From Octopus bimaculoides (taxonomy: Eukaryota), in assembly GCF_001194135.2 (NCBI RefSeq), contig NC_068983.1, forward strand, positions 118,835,519 to 118,899,518: a stretch of DNA of 64,000 nucleotides, in the 5' to 3' direction. Position numbers and translations under genes: made by a program. Below the pieces are notes generated by a model. That model searched no databases. It had not been told where the DNA came from and saw only the letters and a program-made list of their open reading frames with translations. Each line of letters begins with the position of its first letter. Positions within the stretch are counted from its first letter, which is position 1. Below, piece after piece: positions 26,078 to 38,767 of the stretch.

Positions 26078-26312
26078 NNNNNNNNNNNNNNNNNNNNNNN
26101 NNNNNNNNNNNNNNNNNNNNNNNNNNNNNNNNNNNNNNNNNNNNNNNNNNNNNNNNNNNNNNNNNNNNNNNNNNNNNNNNNNNNNNNNNNNNNNNNNNNN
26201 NNNNNNNNNNNNNNNNNNNNNNNNNNNNNNNNNNNNNNNNNNNNNNNNNNNNNNNNNNNNNNNNNNNNNNNNNNNNNNNNNNNNNNNNNNNNNNNNNNNN
26301 NNNNNNNNNNNN

Positions 26313-26377
<65 letters not shown>

Positions 26378-27207
26378 TACATACATACATACATATATAC
26401 ATACATACATACATACATACATGTGACAATCTGGATAAGCTAAAGTTTTCAGAAAAAGACTAATTCGCACATTGCAAATACAATATGTAAATGGAACAAT
26501 AAGAATATGCAAGACTTTCCTACCTAAAGTTCAAAATGTGACGTTGTTTTTGCTATCTACATTCCAACGATTGAGCTGTATATTTTTGTTATAATCCAAC
26601 TCCTTCTTTACAGGATGATCTCAAATAATCCAAAGTAGAAGAGAACATAGATACACATGAGTATGTGCATGTGAATATGTGTGTGTGTGTGTGTGTGAGC
26701 GTGCGTATGTGTATGTGCACGCATGTGTGTGATGAACCATTTCTTTCGTTATCTCTTGCCCAGAGACAATTAATATGCTGTATAACATCAAATTTGAAAT
26801 AACTGCGCTAAATTCTATTTCAATGTTCGCCCGCCTTTAAAATTCGACATTACGTCAATTTAACTTTGGCAGCCACTTCTAGTTGTCGGCTCTACCAAAA
26901 TCTGTGATATAACTTTGGACAGCCTGATCAAATTTCTGAAAGTTCTCTTTAGAAATCCGAGCAGGCGTAGTTAATATGTGTTTCCGCCGTTTGCCTGCAT
27001 TCTTCACCTTTCACCTATATTTTTAAAGGCAGCTCTGTACTGTTCATCTCCAATCCTTTGCTATGCACCATAATATCAGTTTTATTCAGACGTGCCTTAT
27101 CGTTATATCAAATACTTTCATTCTTTCATATATTACTGTATAATTACAAAAAGATGTTTATTGCTTTGTCACACATTCACGTAACAGTTGATATTTCTTA
27201 TACATAT

Positions 27208-27400
27208 AAGGCGGCAAGCTGACAGAATCGTTAGCATGTCGGGCGAAATGCTTAGTGGCATTTCGTCCGTCTTTACGTTCTGAGTTCAAATTCTGCCGTG
27301 TTCGACTTTACCATTCATCCTTACGTGGTCGATAAAATAAGTACCAGTCGAATTACCCACTCTCTCAAAGTTGCAGGCCTTGTACCAAACTTTGAAATCA
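27208..27400 (+). mobile_element. SINE family 1
   Basis: Full head with A- and B-boxes; tail ends at TTTGAAATC. Confidence 0.88.
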
Positions 27401-27417
27401 ATATTTCTCATGCTGCT

Positions 27418-27795
27418 GGCACTCCGTCGCTTACGACGTCGAGGGTTCCAGTTGATCCGATCAACGGAACAGCCTGCTCGTGAAATTAACATGCAAGTGG
27501 CTGAGCACTCCACAGACACGTGTACCCTTAACGTAGTTCTTGGGGATATTCAGCGTGACACAGTGTGACAAGGCTGACCCTTTGAATTACAGGTACAGCA
27601 GAAACAGGAAGTAAGAGTGAGAGAAAGTTGTGGTAAAAGAGTACAGCAGGGTTCGCCACCATCCCCTGCCGGAGCCTCGTGGAGCTTTAGGTGTTTTCGC
27701 TCAATAAACACTTACAACGCCCGGTCTGGGAATTGAAACCGCGATTCTATGACCACGAGTCCGCTGCCCTAACCACTGGGCCATTGCGCCTCCAC
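27418..27795 (-). mobile_element. SINE family 3 with TSD
   Basis: 11-bp TSD ATATTTCTCAT at 27401-27411 and 27797-27807. Confidence 0.92.
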
Positions 27796-28079
27796 TATAT
27801 TTCTCATAGATACAATTATTAAACAATTTCAGCACACAACTCCACAAATAAATATAGTTTCATAGCATAGTCGTGCAATATTGCTGTATGACGATGACTC
27901 TTCGCTGACTCCCCGAGATTGGTGAAATCAGTGTGGTTTATGTTCATCTAGAGCATTTGTTAACGAATTTCTGCATATTTATTCTTAATACATCTCGGCA
28001 ATTTCAGACGCAAAATATGCTGGGCACTGTAGGTTTTGAAAAGAAAAAAAGATAGAAGAGATCGTTCACTATTTTCCTC

Positions 28080-28385
28080 TCGTTCTGGTCTAACGACGCT
28101 CCATGTTTGTTTTCGTTCGGTTTCCTTGTATGTCTCCACTGTTCTGTTTTTGTTCCCAACCTTGACCCCACCATAAATCCCAAATTTTATTTTGGAATTT
28201 ATGGGAGCAACTGTCTTCGAAGACTCATATTGTCGTTGAATGCTCGAAATGAGGAGTAGATAGACAGCCGACAACTGATGAAGGGTCGTTCTTTGTGTTA
28301 CTTTTCTATTACCTTTCCTGTTTTCCATTTTTTTGCCTCGTCGTTTGCGTATTTAACTCGTTTGTTTTCGTACTTCATGTTGTTT
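28080..28385 (+). repeat. Dispersed repeat, possibly Penelope-like terminal region
   Basis: Collinear with the reverse complement of 48485-48900 (CCAAATTT...TTCGAA...GAGTAGAT...GACAACTGA(T/A)GAAGGG...TTCTTT). The PLE assignment is inference only. Confidence 0.55.
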
Positions 28386-29166
28386 ANNNNNNNNNNNNNN
28401 NNNNNNNNNNNNNNNNNNNNNNNNNNNNNNNNNNNNNNNNNNNNNNNNNNNNNNNNNNNNNNNNNNNNNNNNNNNNNNNNNNNNNNNNNNNNNNNNNNNN
28501 NNNNNNNNNNNNNNNNNNNNNNNNNNNNNNNNNNNNNNNNNNNNNNNNNNNNNNNNNNNNNNNNNNNNNNNNNNNNNNNNNNNNNNNNNNNNNNNNNNNN
28601 NNNNNNNNNNNNNNNNNNNNNNNNNNNNNNNNNNNNNNNNNNNNNNNNNNNNNNNNNNNNNNNNNNNNNNNNNNNNNNNNNNNNNNNNNNNNNNNNNNNN
28701 NNNNNNNNNNNNNNNNNNNNNNNNNNNNNNNNNNNNNNNNNNNNNNNNNNNNNNNNNNNNNNNNNNNNNNNNNNNNNNNNNNNNNNNNNNNNNNNNNNNN
28801 NNNNNNNNNNNNNNNNNNNNNNNNNNNNNNNNNNNNNNNNNNNNNNNNNNNNNNNNNNNNNNNNNNNNNNNNNNNNNNNNNNNTATATATATCATTTATA
28901 TTATTATTTAACTGAACGCCACGCATCCATTTCCAAGTAAGCATATATATTGTGCTACGGGAATAATATTTTCAGAAGTCAAAACGTATAGTAATAAGCA
29001 AACGGACAGAAAGACATACTAAATACACTGAATGCACAGACGCACAGAGCGCGAACACTGGTCACAAATTCCTCGATAACTGATGAGGAACTTGTGCGTC
29101 TATGCATTCAGTGCATTTAGTATTTATTTCTGTCGGTTCGCTTATTACTATACGTTTTGACTTCTG

Positions 29167-29224
<58 letters not shown>

Positions 29225-30199
29225 GTATGTGCGGGTGTATGTATGTATATAAACATCCATCCATCCATCCATCCATCCATCCATCCATCCATCCATACAT
29301 ACATACATAGNNNNNNNNNNTATATATATATATATATATTTAAAATAGGTTCTCAAATGAAAGACTATAACAGCCGACTCGTATAGCTGAGTTTAGTAAT
29401 TCGTATTTTGGCACAGAGAAGCATTACTTAAAGTGTTACAAGATGCACGCCTGATCGTTGAGCAGTTTACTTCTACATGTTGTGGTGGTCACATCTTCAT
29501 AAGGCTGATTGATGAAGCTCGGTCCCATTAGTTGTTCGGATCTCGTCAAGTCGGTGTCTCGGTTTTGTCGCCTGTTGTTGAATAGGAGGAAATTCTAGTG
29601 GAATGAGCAAGTGTAGTCTCCTTTTCTTCTGTTAGAAATTCCATTAAATTTCTGTAATTTAAAAGGGTTCACTAACATCTGTAAAATGGAATTAACGGTT
29701 AATTGCGTACAACTAATGATTTACTAATTACCCAAAAGAACAACAACAATTCTGTTTTCTTTAAACAGCTTGCTGTTGCAAAATGTGCCACTTCGGGAAG
29801 AGACAGAGATGACATATATGTGTTTTAGATAAGGAAGGCGATATGTTCAAGATCATACCGAAAGAGATAATTCTCTGAAGCCGAACTCTTCATATAAAAT
29901 GTTGCAGAGAATTGGAATTTTCTTTGCCCCTAGAACAGAAAGCGTGCAGATGCTGCGTAAACCCACTATTGAAATGATTTGCTGGAAGCGTTGGAAGGGT
30001 AAAATGCTCTCCATGAGTATATTATTTGATTGCAGGAGATGCACGTGCTCGAAACGAACGTTCCGTATGTGTAACCTGTTACATTGAAAACAATGGTATG
30101 AAGGAATAAATAACTCACCTTAACATTGTGCGCATGAAAGGAATCGTTGGAAAATTAGGAATAAAACTTTCCTGGCTGTGTTTGGAGAGCCACCTCAGT

Positions 30200-30437
30200 T
30201 GAGCAGTGGATTGAAGCAGACTGCTTTCCCAATCCTAACAAGGTTTAGGAAAGAGGAAGGGACATCTTCCAGATCGAACAAATTCTTACTAAAGTAGATC
30301 GTCGCTATCATCCCGTTATGGTGGCTTGGAACTGAATCAAAGATACTCAAGGAAAAATTGAATATATGTCTATATTCGAAGTAATGCATCTCCGACTCGA
30401 AATGTATGCATACATCTATACACTTATACATGCATAT

Positions 30438-30486
<49 letters not shown>

Positions 30487-31690
30487 CACACGAGCGCGCA
30501 TGACTCGCACACACACACACACACGCACGCGCGCACACACGTACATACATATATTTATACACATGCATAAGCATGTATCAAAACAAAGAGGAATTAATAA
30601 GGGATTAGTAATGCAAGCGAAATACTTCTTAAGCTCTCTCAAGATAGAGGTACACCAAGCTAATAAAAAAAGTCTTACGATCGGTCTTAATCTAGGTAAT
30701 CCAAATCAAAGACCGTCGCCAGTCAAATTTCTATATACATGGTTCCAACACCCACTTCATATAGTATGTTTTTACCGAATGAAATATAAACTAATGTGTT
30801 TTATACATTCATTTATTTATTATAGGCTTACAGCTGTTTCAGTTACGCGTCTGGGCACGTACATGACTCAACCGTATTAATCAATCAATTGATCGACTGA
30901 AAATATTGGGAACCAACTGCCCGAATTTATCTTCGTCTGAGCCAGCACAAATCTAATGCCAACAAAAAAGAAGAAACGGTAAAGGAAGGAATTTGGCTAA
31001 TGTGATATTTCTTATATAGTACTGAGTCATCAATTTTATATATCAGCCTTAAGCCATTGTTGTCGCTTGCCATCTTGCCAGGCTGCTGGTGATTGCTACT
31101 ATATTTTGGGAGAATGTCAGGGAATATATGCAAATATACGAATCAAAAGGCAGCTAGGTTTCTACGTAGTGTCAACTTGAAGTATGAAAATCTATATATT
31201 TCCTACGACTTCACATAATTAAAAACAGTTGCAAGTAATGGTTAAGGCAAGTGATCAGGAATTAGAAATAAACTATAACAAGTAAAGTAACAATAACACG
31301 AGGACTGCATTATAATCCTAAATTATAGGACTTTTGGTACTGATGCACTAAGATATAATCTTTTAAGAGGATGGTAATGTTATATTGCACCAGTATAAAC
31401 CGGAACAAAATAGAAACTGAAACCAAAATAAAAAAAAAAACAACAACAAACATCAAAATGAAAAGGAGAATAAATTGGAAGACAGAAATATAAGAACAGG
31501 GATATAGGAAAACAAAATAGATGTCTTCTTGTAGTAGAGAGGAAGGAAAAGGAATAAAAAAGACTTCTATAATTTGAACAATTAAGAAATCTCACAAATA
31601 ATATTGAATCTAAATATGCTATTGGACTAGGAATTTTTGCAGGTATAAACATATTCATGCGTTCAAATGTTTAATCATCGAAGTTTCTTG
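30200..31690 (+). pseudogene. Tandem unit 1; candidate decayed ionotropic-receptor (iGluR/IR)-like sequence
   Basis: Paralogy to units 2-4 is directly visible. Translated fragments: GTESKILKEKLNI, QRPSPVKFLYTWFQ...MCFIHSF, YAIGLGIFAGINIF. Multiple stops and frameshifts, with a microsatellite inside. The repeat is near certain; the product is a hypothesis. Confidence 0.4.
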
Positions 31691-31859
31691 AAAAAATGTT
31701 TACCTCTTAACGCTAGCTCCTGTCATTTATTCGGAATATACTTCGACGTAACTAGTAACGATAATTCTTCTAGGTAAAATTTACATCTAGTTTTCTCTTC
31801 GTGGTAAGGTGGTGTATTGCTTAATATTGACCATTGAATTTGTTTTGTTATCTTTTTAA

Positions 31860-32143
31860 CTTGCAAGTCGATTGAAATAGGTTACTATCCTTCTGCTAAC
31901 AAGGTCTAGTGACGAAAATGTGACATGTTCTAGATTGAACAACTTCTTACTAAACTATGCCCTCACTAATTCCTCGTTATCGCGATAAAGAGGCGTTATG
32001 GTGATAACCATAACATGGAAATGAGTCAAACATACTTGAGGGAGAATTAAATATATCTCTATATTCAAAGTAATGCATCTCCGACACAAAATATACGTAC
32101 ATCTATACATCTATATATATATATATGTACATTTATGCACTCA

Positions 32144-32183
<40 letters not shown>

Positions 32184-33400
32184 CATATGCATGCATACGC
32201 AGGACCATTTAAATGTATCTGAAGAAAGAGAGATTAATAAGAAAGTAGTATCCAAGTGAAATACTTCTTAATTTCATTCTAGATAAAGATACAACAGGCT
32301 AACAACAAATTCTTGTGATCGGTCTTGTACTCCAGGAAATCCAAATCAAAATCCATCGGCAGTCAAATTTCTATAAACATGGTTCCAATGTCCAATATAT
32401 ATAGTATGTTTTTATCGAGTGGTACATAAAATAATGTGTTTTATACATCCATTTATTATAGGCTTACAGTTGTTTCAATTATGCGCTTGGGTGTGTTCAT
32501 TGCCAAATATTATCTATCAATCGATTGATCGACTGAAAATATTGAGACCCAATAGCCCAAATATATTTTCGTCAGAGCCAAAACAAATCTGATGCCAACG
32601 AAAAAGAAGAAAAGGTAAACGAGGGAATTTGGTCAATGTGGTATTTCTTATATAGAACTATTTTTAGATAATCAACCTTCAGCCATTCTTGGCTCTAGAC
32701 ACGGTTTAATAATATTGACATCCAGTACAGAACTTTGATACCCTACAATTTCTAATGTCAGTGTCAGGCTGTTGGGAATTACTACTATATTTTGGGAGAC
32801 GGTCAGGAAATATATGCGAATATGCAAACCAAAAGGCAGTTATGTTTCAACATAGTTTCAACATTAAATATGAAAATCTATATATTTGTCACAACTTCGT
32901 ATAATCATAAACAATTACAAGTAATTGTTGAAGCAAGTGATCAGGAATTAGAAATAAACTATAACAAGTGAGGTAAGAATAACACTAAGATCACGTTACA
33001 ATCCTGAATTATTGGACTTTTGGTGCAGCTGCACTAAGATATAATCTTTAAAGAAGATGGTAATGTAAAATTGCTCCAGACCAAAGTGAAAATAAAAGTG
33101 GAGCAAAATAAAGATTGAAACCACAATAAAACAAAATCAAAAAGCATTAATATGAAAATGAAATTGAAAACCGAAATATAGGGTATAGGAAAATAAAATG
33201 GATGTCTTCTTATCATCATAGAGAAGGGAAAGAGCATAAAAAATCTTCTACATTTCGAGCAATTAAGAAATTTGACAAAGCTAAATACGCTATTTTCTAA
33301 ATATGCCATTGGACTAGGAAGTTGCGTAGATGTTTCCTTATTCATGTGTTCAAATGGTTGATTATCGAAGGAATGATCGAAAAGTTTTCTGAAAAGAAAA
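31860..33400 (+). pseudogene. Tandem unit 2; candidate decayed iGluR/IR-like sequence
   Basis: Fragments in order: GNESNILEGELNIS; PSAVKFL*TWFQ...MCFIHPF...IYQSIDRL; NEGIWSMWYFLYRTIFR*S; LIILTSS; LRNLTKLNTLFSKYAIGLG. They lie in different frames. Confidence 0.42.
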
Positions 33401-33419
33401 AAATGATCAGTGGGGACAT

Positions 33420-33960
33420 ACTGTGTCCCTGGAAGATGCTTCCCTTGATTTTCACCTCTCCTAATACTTGATTCCCTGCTGTCAATTCCGTTCTCCAGCA
33501 TTTGATACTATTCCATGTAAGGATTCTCATATTTTCTGCCACTCCATACATTTCCATTGTTTTTATTATCCAAGAGTGTGGTATCATATCGTATGTTTTA
33601 CGATAATCAATTAAGACATGATTTTTCGTTCCCCGGCTCCTCTTTCGGCACCCTTTCTGTTCAATAGGTAGAAGCCCACTGCTTTCCAGGTATCTATACA
33701 GTTCATCGGCCGCCGCAAATTAGTATCCACATTAGCAGAAGGCACGTTATTGGTCTAAAGTTGGATGCAACATTTCCCCTTTTCAGGATCCTTGGCACAC
33801 AACTCTTTCTCTTTGTCACCCAGCTGGGTACAGCGCTTTCTACAAGCACTCATCTAGCTGTTGCGCTATCCTTTCATGGAGCCCTCTCAGATTCTTCATC
33901 CAATAACCTTGGACTCCTTTCGATCCTGGGCTCTTCCAATTTGGGAATTTATTCACTGAT
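33420..33960 (-). mobile_element. R4/Dong-clade RT fragment between tandem units 2 and 3
   Basis: Minus strand: [93 protein letters not shown]. Confidence 0.9.
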
Positions 33961-33974
33961 AATATATATGCATG

Positions 33975-34520
33975 CGCATGACCATATAAATGTATCACAG
34001 CAATGAGGGATTAATGAGATTAGTAATCTAAGCGAAATTCTTCTTAAACTCTCTCTGGATAAAGATATATCTGGCTAGTAAAACAGTCTTGTGAGCGGTC
34101 TTGTACATCAAGCAATCCAAATCAAAATCCATCACCAGTCAAATTTCTGCATACATCTATTTTCTTCAGAGCCAAAATAAATCGAATGTCAACGAAAAGG
34201 AAAGGTAAACGAGGGAATTTGGTCAATGTGGTATTTCTTATATAGAACTATTTTTATATAATCACCTTTAAACCATTGTTGGCTCGTCTATTTTTTTATA
34301 TAATCACCTTTAAACCATTTTCAGCTCTAGACACGGTTGAATATTATTGACATCCAGTAAAGAAATTTGATACCCTACAATTTCTAATGGTCAGTCTCAG
34401 GCTGTAGGCAAGCACAACTATGGTGAATATCGGGGGATATATGCAACCATACAAACCAAAAGGTAGCTAGGTTTCTACATATTTTCAACCTGAAGTATGA
34501 AAATCTGTATATTTGCCATG
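33975..34520 (+). repeat. Tandem unit 3 (deleted and truncated)
   Basis: Shares GGGATTAAT...GAAATTCTTCTT, AATCCAAATCAAA, GGTAAACGAGGGAATTTGG and GAAGTATGAAAATC blocks with the other units. Lacks the ~34150 central block. Confidence 0.85.
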
Positions 34521-34611
34521 ACTTGGTATTGGAGCCATGTATATAGAAATTTGACTGGAGATTGACTTTGATTTGGATTATCTGGAGTACAAACGCGATC
34601 ACATAGCTCCA

Positions 34612-35575
34612 ATATTCATACGCATGACGATGTAAATATATTAGAACAAAGAGGGATTAATAAGAGATTAGTAATCCAAGTGAAATTCTTCTTAAATTCT
34701 CTCTAGATATAGATACTAACAAAATTCTTGTGATCGGTCTTGGAATTTAGGTAATCCAAATCAAATACCATCGGCAGTCAAATTTTTAAATACATTGTCC
34801 CGGTACCCACTTTATAGTATATTTTTACTGAGGGATACATAAAATAGTGTGCTTTATACATTTATTTATTATAGTCTTACAACTGTTTCAGTTATGCGCT
34901 TGGGTGTTTTCATGGCTCAATCTTATAAATAAATCGATTGTTCGATTGAAAATATTAGGAACCTATAGCTCAAATTTATTTTCGTCAGAGCCAAAACAAA
35001 TCGAATGCCAACGAAAAACAAGGAAAGGTAAACGAGGGAATTTGGTCTATGTGGTATTTCTTATATAGAACAATTTTTTTAGATAATCACTCTTAAGCCA
35101 GTGTTGGTTCATCTGTCTTTAGACAATCAACCTTAAGCCATTGTCGGCTCTTGCCACGGTTGAATAATATCGGCATCCAGTAAAGAAATTTGATACCCTA
35201 CTTCTAATGGCCAGAGTCAGGCTGTAGGTGGTTACCGCTGTATTTTGGGAGAATATCAAGGAATACGTGCAAATATACAAATCAAAAGGCAGCTAGGCTT
35301 CTACATAGTTTCAATCTGAAGTATGAAAATCTATATATTTGCCACAACTTCACATAATTAAAAACAGTTACAAGTAATGGTTGAACAAGTGATCAGGAAT
35401 TAGAAATAAACAATAGCAAGTAAGGTAACAATAACAGTAAGGCTGCATTATGATCCTAAATTATTGGGCTTTTGGTACAGCTGTACCAAAGATCGTAATG
35501 TAAAATTGCACCAGTATAGAGTGAAGATAAAACCGGAACAAAATAATGAAACAAAAATAAAACAAAGACAACAAG
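34612..35575 (+). repeat. Tandem unit 4 (3' end cut by a SINE)
   Basis: Same blocks as units 1-2. A ~40-bp internal duplication (35060-35150) is shared with unit 3 (34250-34330). Confidence 0.85.
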
Positions 35576-35711
35576 CATCAGGAGTGTCTGTGTGGCAAGT
35601 AACTTGCTTACCAACCACATGACACCTTGAGCAAATGTCTTCCGCTATAGCCTTGGGCTGACCAAAGCCTTGTGAGTGGATTTGGTAGACAGAAACTCAA
35701 AGAAATTCGCC

Positions 35712-35712
<1 letters not shown>
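35575..35712 (+). mobile_element. SINE family 2, partial
   Basis: GGAGTGTCTGTGTGGCAAG...CAAAGCCTTGTGAGTGGATTTGGTAGAC. Confidence 0.85.
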
Positions 35713-35749
<37 letters not shown>

Positions 35750-35754
<5 letters not shown>

Positions 35755-35917
35755 AATATAATTAAGGGATCAGCAAATATTTGCTTCACCATATACCGAA
35801 GTTCAGAAATAGCAGCTAAAAAAGCTGAGAATCCCACAGATAGCATCACTTGTAACTCACAAAGGCAAAAACAAGAAGAAAAAACAATGAAAACTAACCA
35901 ATTCCGATGTTTAACAG
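35750..35917 (+). repeat. Dispersed repeat (second copy at ~62420-62500)
   Basis: ATAATTAAGGGATCAGCAA(A/T)TATTTGCTTCACCATATACCGAA is present at both loci. Confidence 0.8.
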
Positions 35918-37946
35918 NNNNNNNNNNNNNNNNNNNNNNNNNNNNNNNNNNNNNNNNNNNNNNNNNNNNNNNNNNNNNNNNNNNNNNNNNNNNNNNNNNN
36001 NNNNNNNNNNNNNNNNNNNNNNNNNNNNNNNNNNNNNNNNNNNNNNNNNNNNNNNNNNNNNNNNNNNNNNNNNNNNNNNNNNNNNNNNNNNNNNNNNNNN
36101 NNNNNNNNNNNNNNNNNNNNNNNNNNNNNNNNNNNNNNNNNNNNNNNNNNNNNNNNNNNNNNNNNNNNNNNNNNNNNNNNNNNNNNNNNNNNNNNNNNNN
36201 NNNNNNNNNNNNNNNNNNNNNNNNNNNNNNNNNNNNNNNNNNNNNNNNNNNNNNNNNNNNNNNNNNNNNNNNNNNNNNNNNNNNNNNNNNNNNNNNNNNN
36301 NNNNNNNNNNNNNNNNNNNNNNNNNNNNNNNNNNNNNNNNNNNNNNNNNNNNNNNNNNNNNNNNNNNNNNNNNNNNNNNNNNNNNNNNNNNNNNNNNNNN
36401 NNNNNNNNNNNNNNNNNNNNNNNNNNNNNNNNNNNNNNNNNNNNNNNNNNNNNNNNNNNNNNNNNNNNNNNNNNNNNNNNNNNNNNNNNNNNNNNNNNNN
36501 NNNNNNNNNNNNNNNNNNNNNNNNNNNNNNNNNNNNNNNNNNNNNNNNNNNNNNNNNNNNNNNNNNNNNNNNNNNNNNNNNNNNNNNNNNNNNNNNNNNN
36601 NNNNNNNNNNNNNNNNNNNNNNNNNNNNNNNNNNNNNNNNNNNNNNNNNNNNNNNNNNNNNNNNNNNNNNNNNNNNNNNNNNNNNNNNNNNNNNNNNNNN
36701 NNNNNNNNNNNNNNNNNNNNNNNNNNNNNNNNNNNNNNNNNAAATTTAACGAAGGAAAACGAACACACGTGTTGCCTCTCTGCAAATGTCAGAAGTTATG
36801 GAGATTAAATACGCTTTACACCGCTTAATCAGCCAAAGGAGTAAATGTAAACAACTGAATACTTGTCAGTGATTGGTTGAAATTATCGAAATAAGACAAT
36901 TTTTTACATGAAATAAATTCGAATACAAAAATATTTTTCTGTTCTATAACACAAAATAGATAAGTATATGAAGTTTGAAAGTCTTTCCGTACCAAAAACA
37001 CTACGTAAAACATTAATGAAAACTGTGGCCCCCGTTTTAAAATAGATCCCATTTCTTAAATTGGGGGGCAGAGGCGATCACACAACTTGTGTAAAGTGAC
37101 GGAAAGGAGAGAAAAAAAATGCAGAATAGTTCGTTTAAAGTGTTGTGCTACAGAAATAGCTGATTTAATTCATATCTGGGATCTTAAATTTGTGGTTGAT
37201 CGTTATATTTCATGTAATTACTGTGTCAAGTTGGATCCGGGTTTTGTGTTTGTTCATACAGCTTACTTACATACTGTTACTTACGTACTATTAATGATGT
37301 CATAGAAAGGAGGTACTGCTCTCAATGTTTGTGAAGGACATTAAAAGTGACGAGTGATGCGGAGTCAGTTTTATTTACAAACGTAGTTTGCTTTCGAAGA
37401 CTACATTTGCGTCATTGCTATTTTCTGTATCATTATGAGCAGCTGCATATCCCTTGTATATCACAATAATCTCACACTTTCATTGGTATAAGGCATCACT
37501 GTTCTTTGTGTACATTCACTATCTTACGGATGTCATTCTCTTGTTATGCTTTCTCAGCATTTTTTGTTACTGACTTTTCTAGGTTAAGATCGTTTTTATG
37601 TATTTTGTTTTCTTTTATGTAACACAGATCGGCTTTAACTATAGAGAAAGAAGCGTTGTCTACCAGGACTGGCGTTTTAATTAAGGTGACCTTTAGAAAC
37701 AATATAGAGATGATAGGTCAGCAGGTAAATACAAAATGCCATTGCTACTGCAGCTCATATTTATGTTTGTGAAGGGGTGTTGGCAGGGAAGATTGTTAAC
37801 AGTGGTGTTCTATCGATGGTGGTGGTGGTGGTGGTGTAGATACATTGTTGATGTGAATGTATTGGCCATAATGGCGACAGCGCCGAGGAATTCTTCTTTA
37901 GGTCTAAATCTATAAATAAAATATTAAACACAGTACAGGGAGCGTT

Positions 37947-38145
37947 TCTTCTTCTTCTTCTTCTTCTTCTTCTTCTTCTTCTTCTTCTTCTTCTTCTTCT
38001 TCTTCTTCTTCTTCTTCTTCTTCTTCTTCTTCTTCTTCTNNNNNNNNNNNNNNNNNNNNNNNNNNNNNNNNTCTCTCTTTCGTTTTTTCTCTCTCTCTTT
38101 CTTTCTCTCTCTCTCTTTCTCTGTCTGTCTATCTCTCTCTGTCTA

Positions 38146-38214
<69 letters not shown>

Positions 38215-38240
38215 CTTTCTCTCTTTTTTTTCTTTCTTTG
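37947..38240. repeat. (CTT)n, gap, (CT)n and (CTAT)n microsatellites
   Basis: Read directly. Confidence 0.95.
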
Positions 38241-38624
38241 AGAGAAATCGATTGTGTTCAGTGCTGGTGGTGGATGGACTCCGCTAGGTTTAAAATGCTT
38301 AAGAGATCTATATTATGACGGCTACAATACGACTCCATCACAAACTGAAGGTAGAAGATTGACTGAAAAGAAAGAAGTACTACATTATCTAACACCTTTT
38401 TTTTTCATTTGAAAGACAACAGGATGTGATTTAAGGAATATTTTGGTTAATATTTCCAGCAGATTGAGCGATAACGTAGACGCTCACCTGGAGTTGAGGA
38501 TGGAGATAGAACTATTGTTGGATACTTGCTATTGTTTCAACTTCTGTATGCCGTGAGGCGTCATAAGCAGCATGTCAACTTCACATATTGAATTACGCTG
38601 TCATTTTAGGGAAACTCATCCTTC

Positions 38625-38672
<48 letters not shown>

Positions 38673-38682
38673 NNNNNNNNNN

Positions 38683-38720
<38 letters not shown>

Positions 38721-38734
38721 CCTCTCTCTCTCTC

Positions 38735-38767
<33 letters not shown>

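Noticed and set aside
29853-30044. Minus-strand 63-aa ORF (HLLQSNN...EEFGFRELSL)
   Set aside because: Protein-like composition, but no motif I can assign to a family.
31380-33501. Hydrophobic minus-strand ORFs in units 1 and 2 as GPCR or membrane-protein genes
   Set aside because: The strand is T-rich and A-poor, so stop-free Phe/Leu-rich frames are expected; no GPCR signature motifs are present.
32780-35320. GEYQGIRANIQIKRQLGFYIV in the tandem units as a Cys-loop receptor pre-M1 segment (chemotactile-receptor or GlyR-like)
   Set aside because: It is followed by a stop shared by three units, there is no Cys-loop upstream or M1-M3 downstream, and the M2-like LTTVSVM lies before it rather than after. 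It should still be included as an alternative in the profile search.
30200-35575. Tandem array as CRISPR or satellite DNA
   Set aside because: Units are kilobase-scale, diverged and few. There is no repeat-spacer pattern and no cas genes, and the context is eukaryotic.
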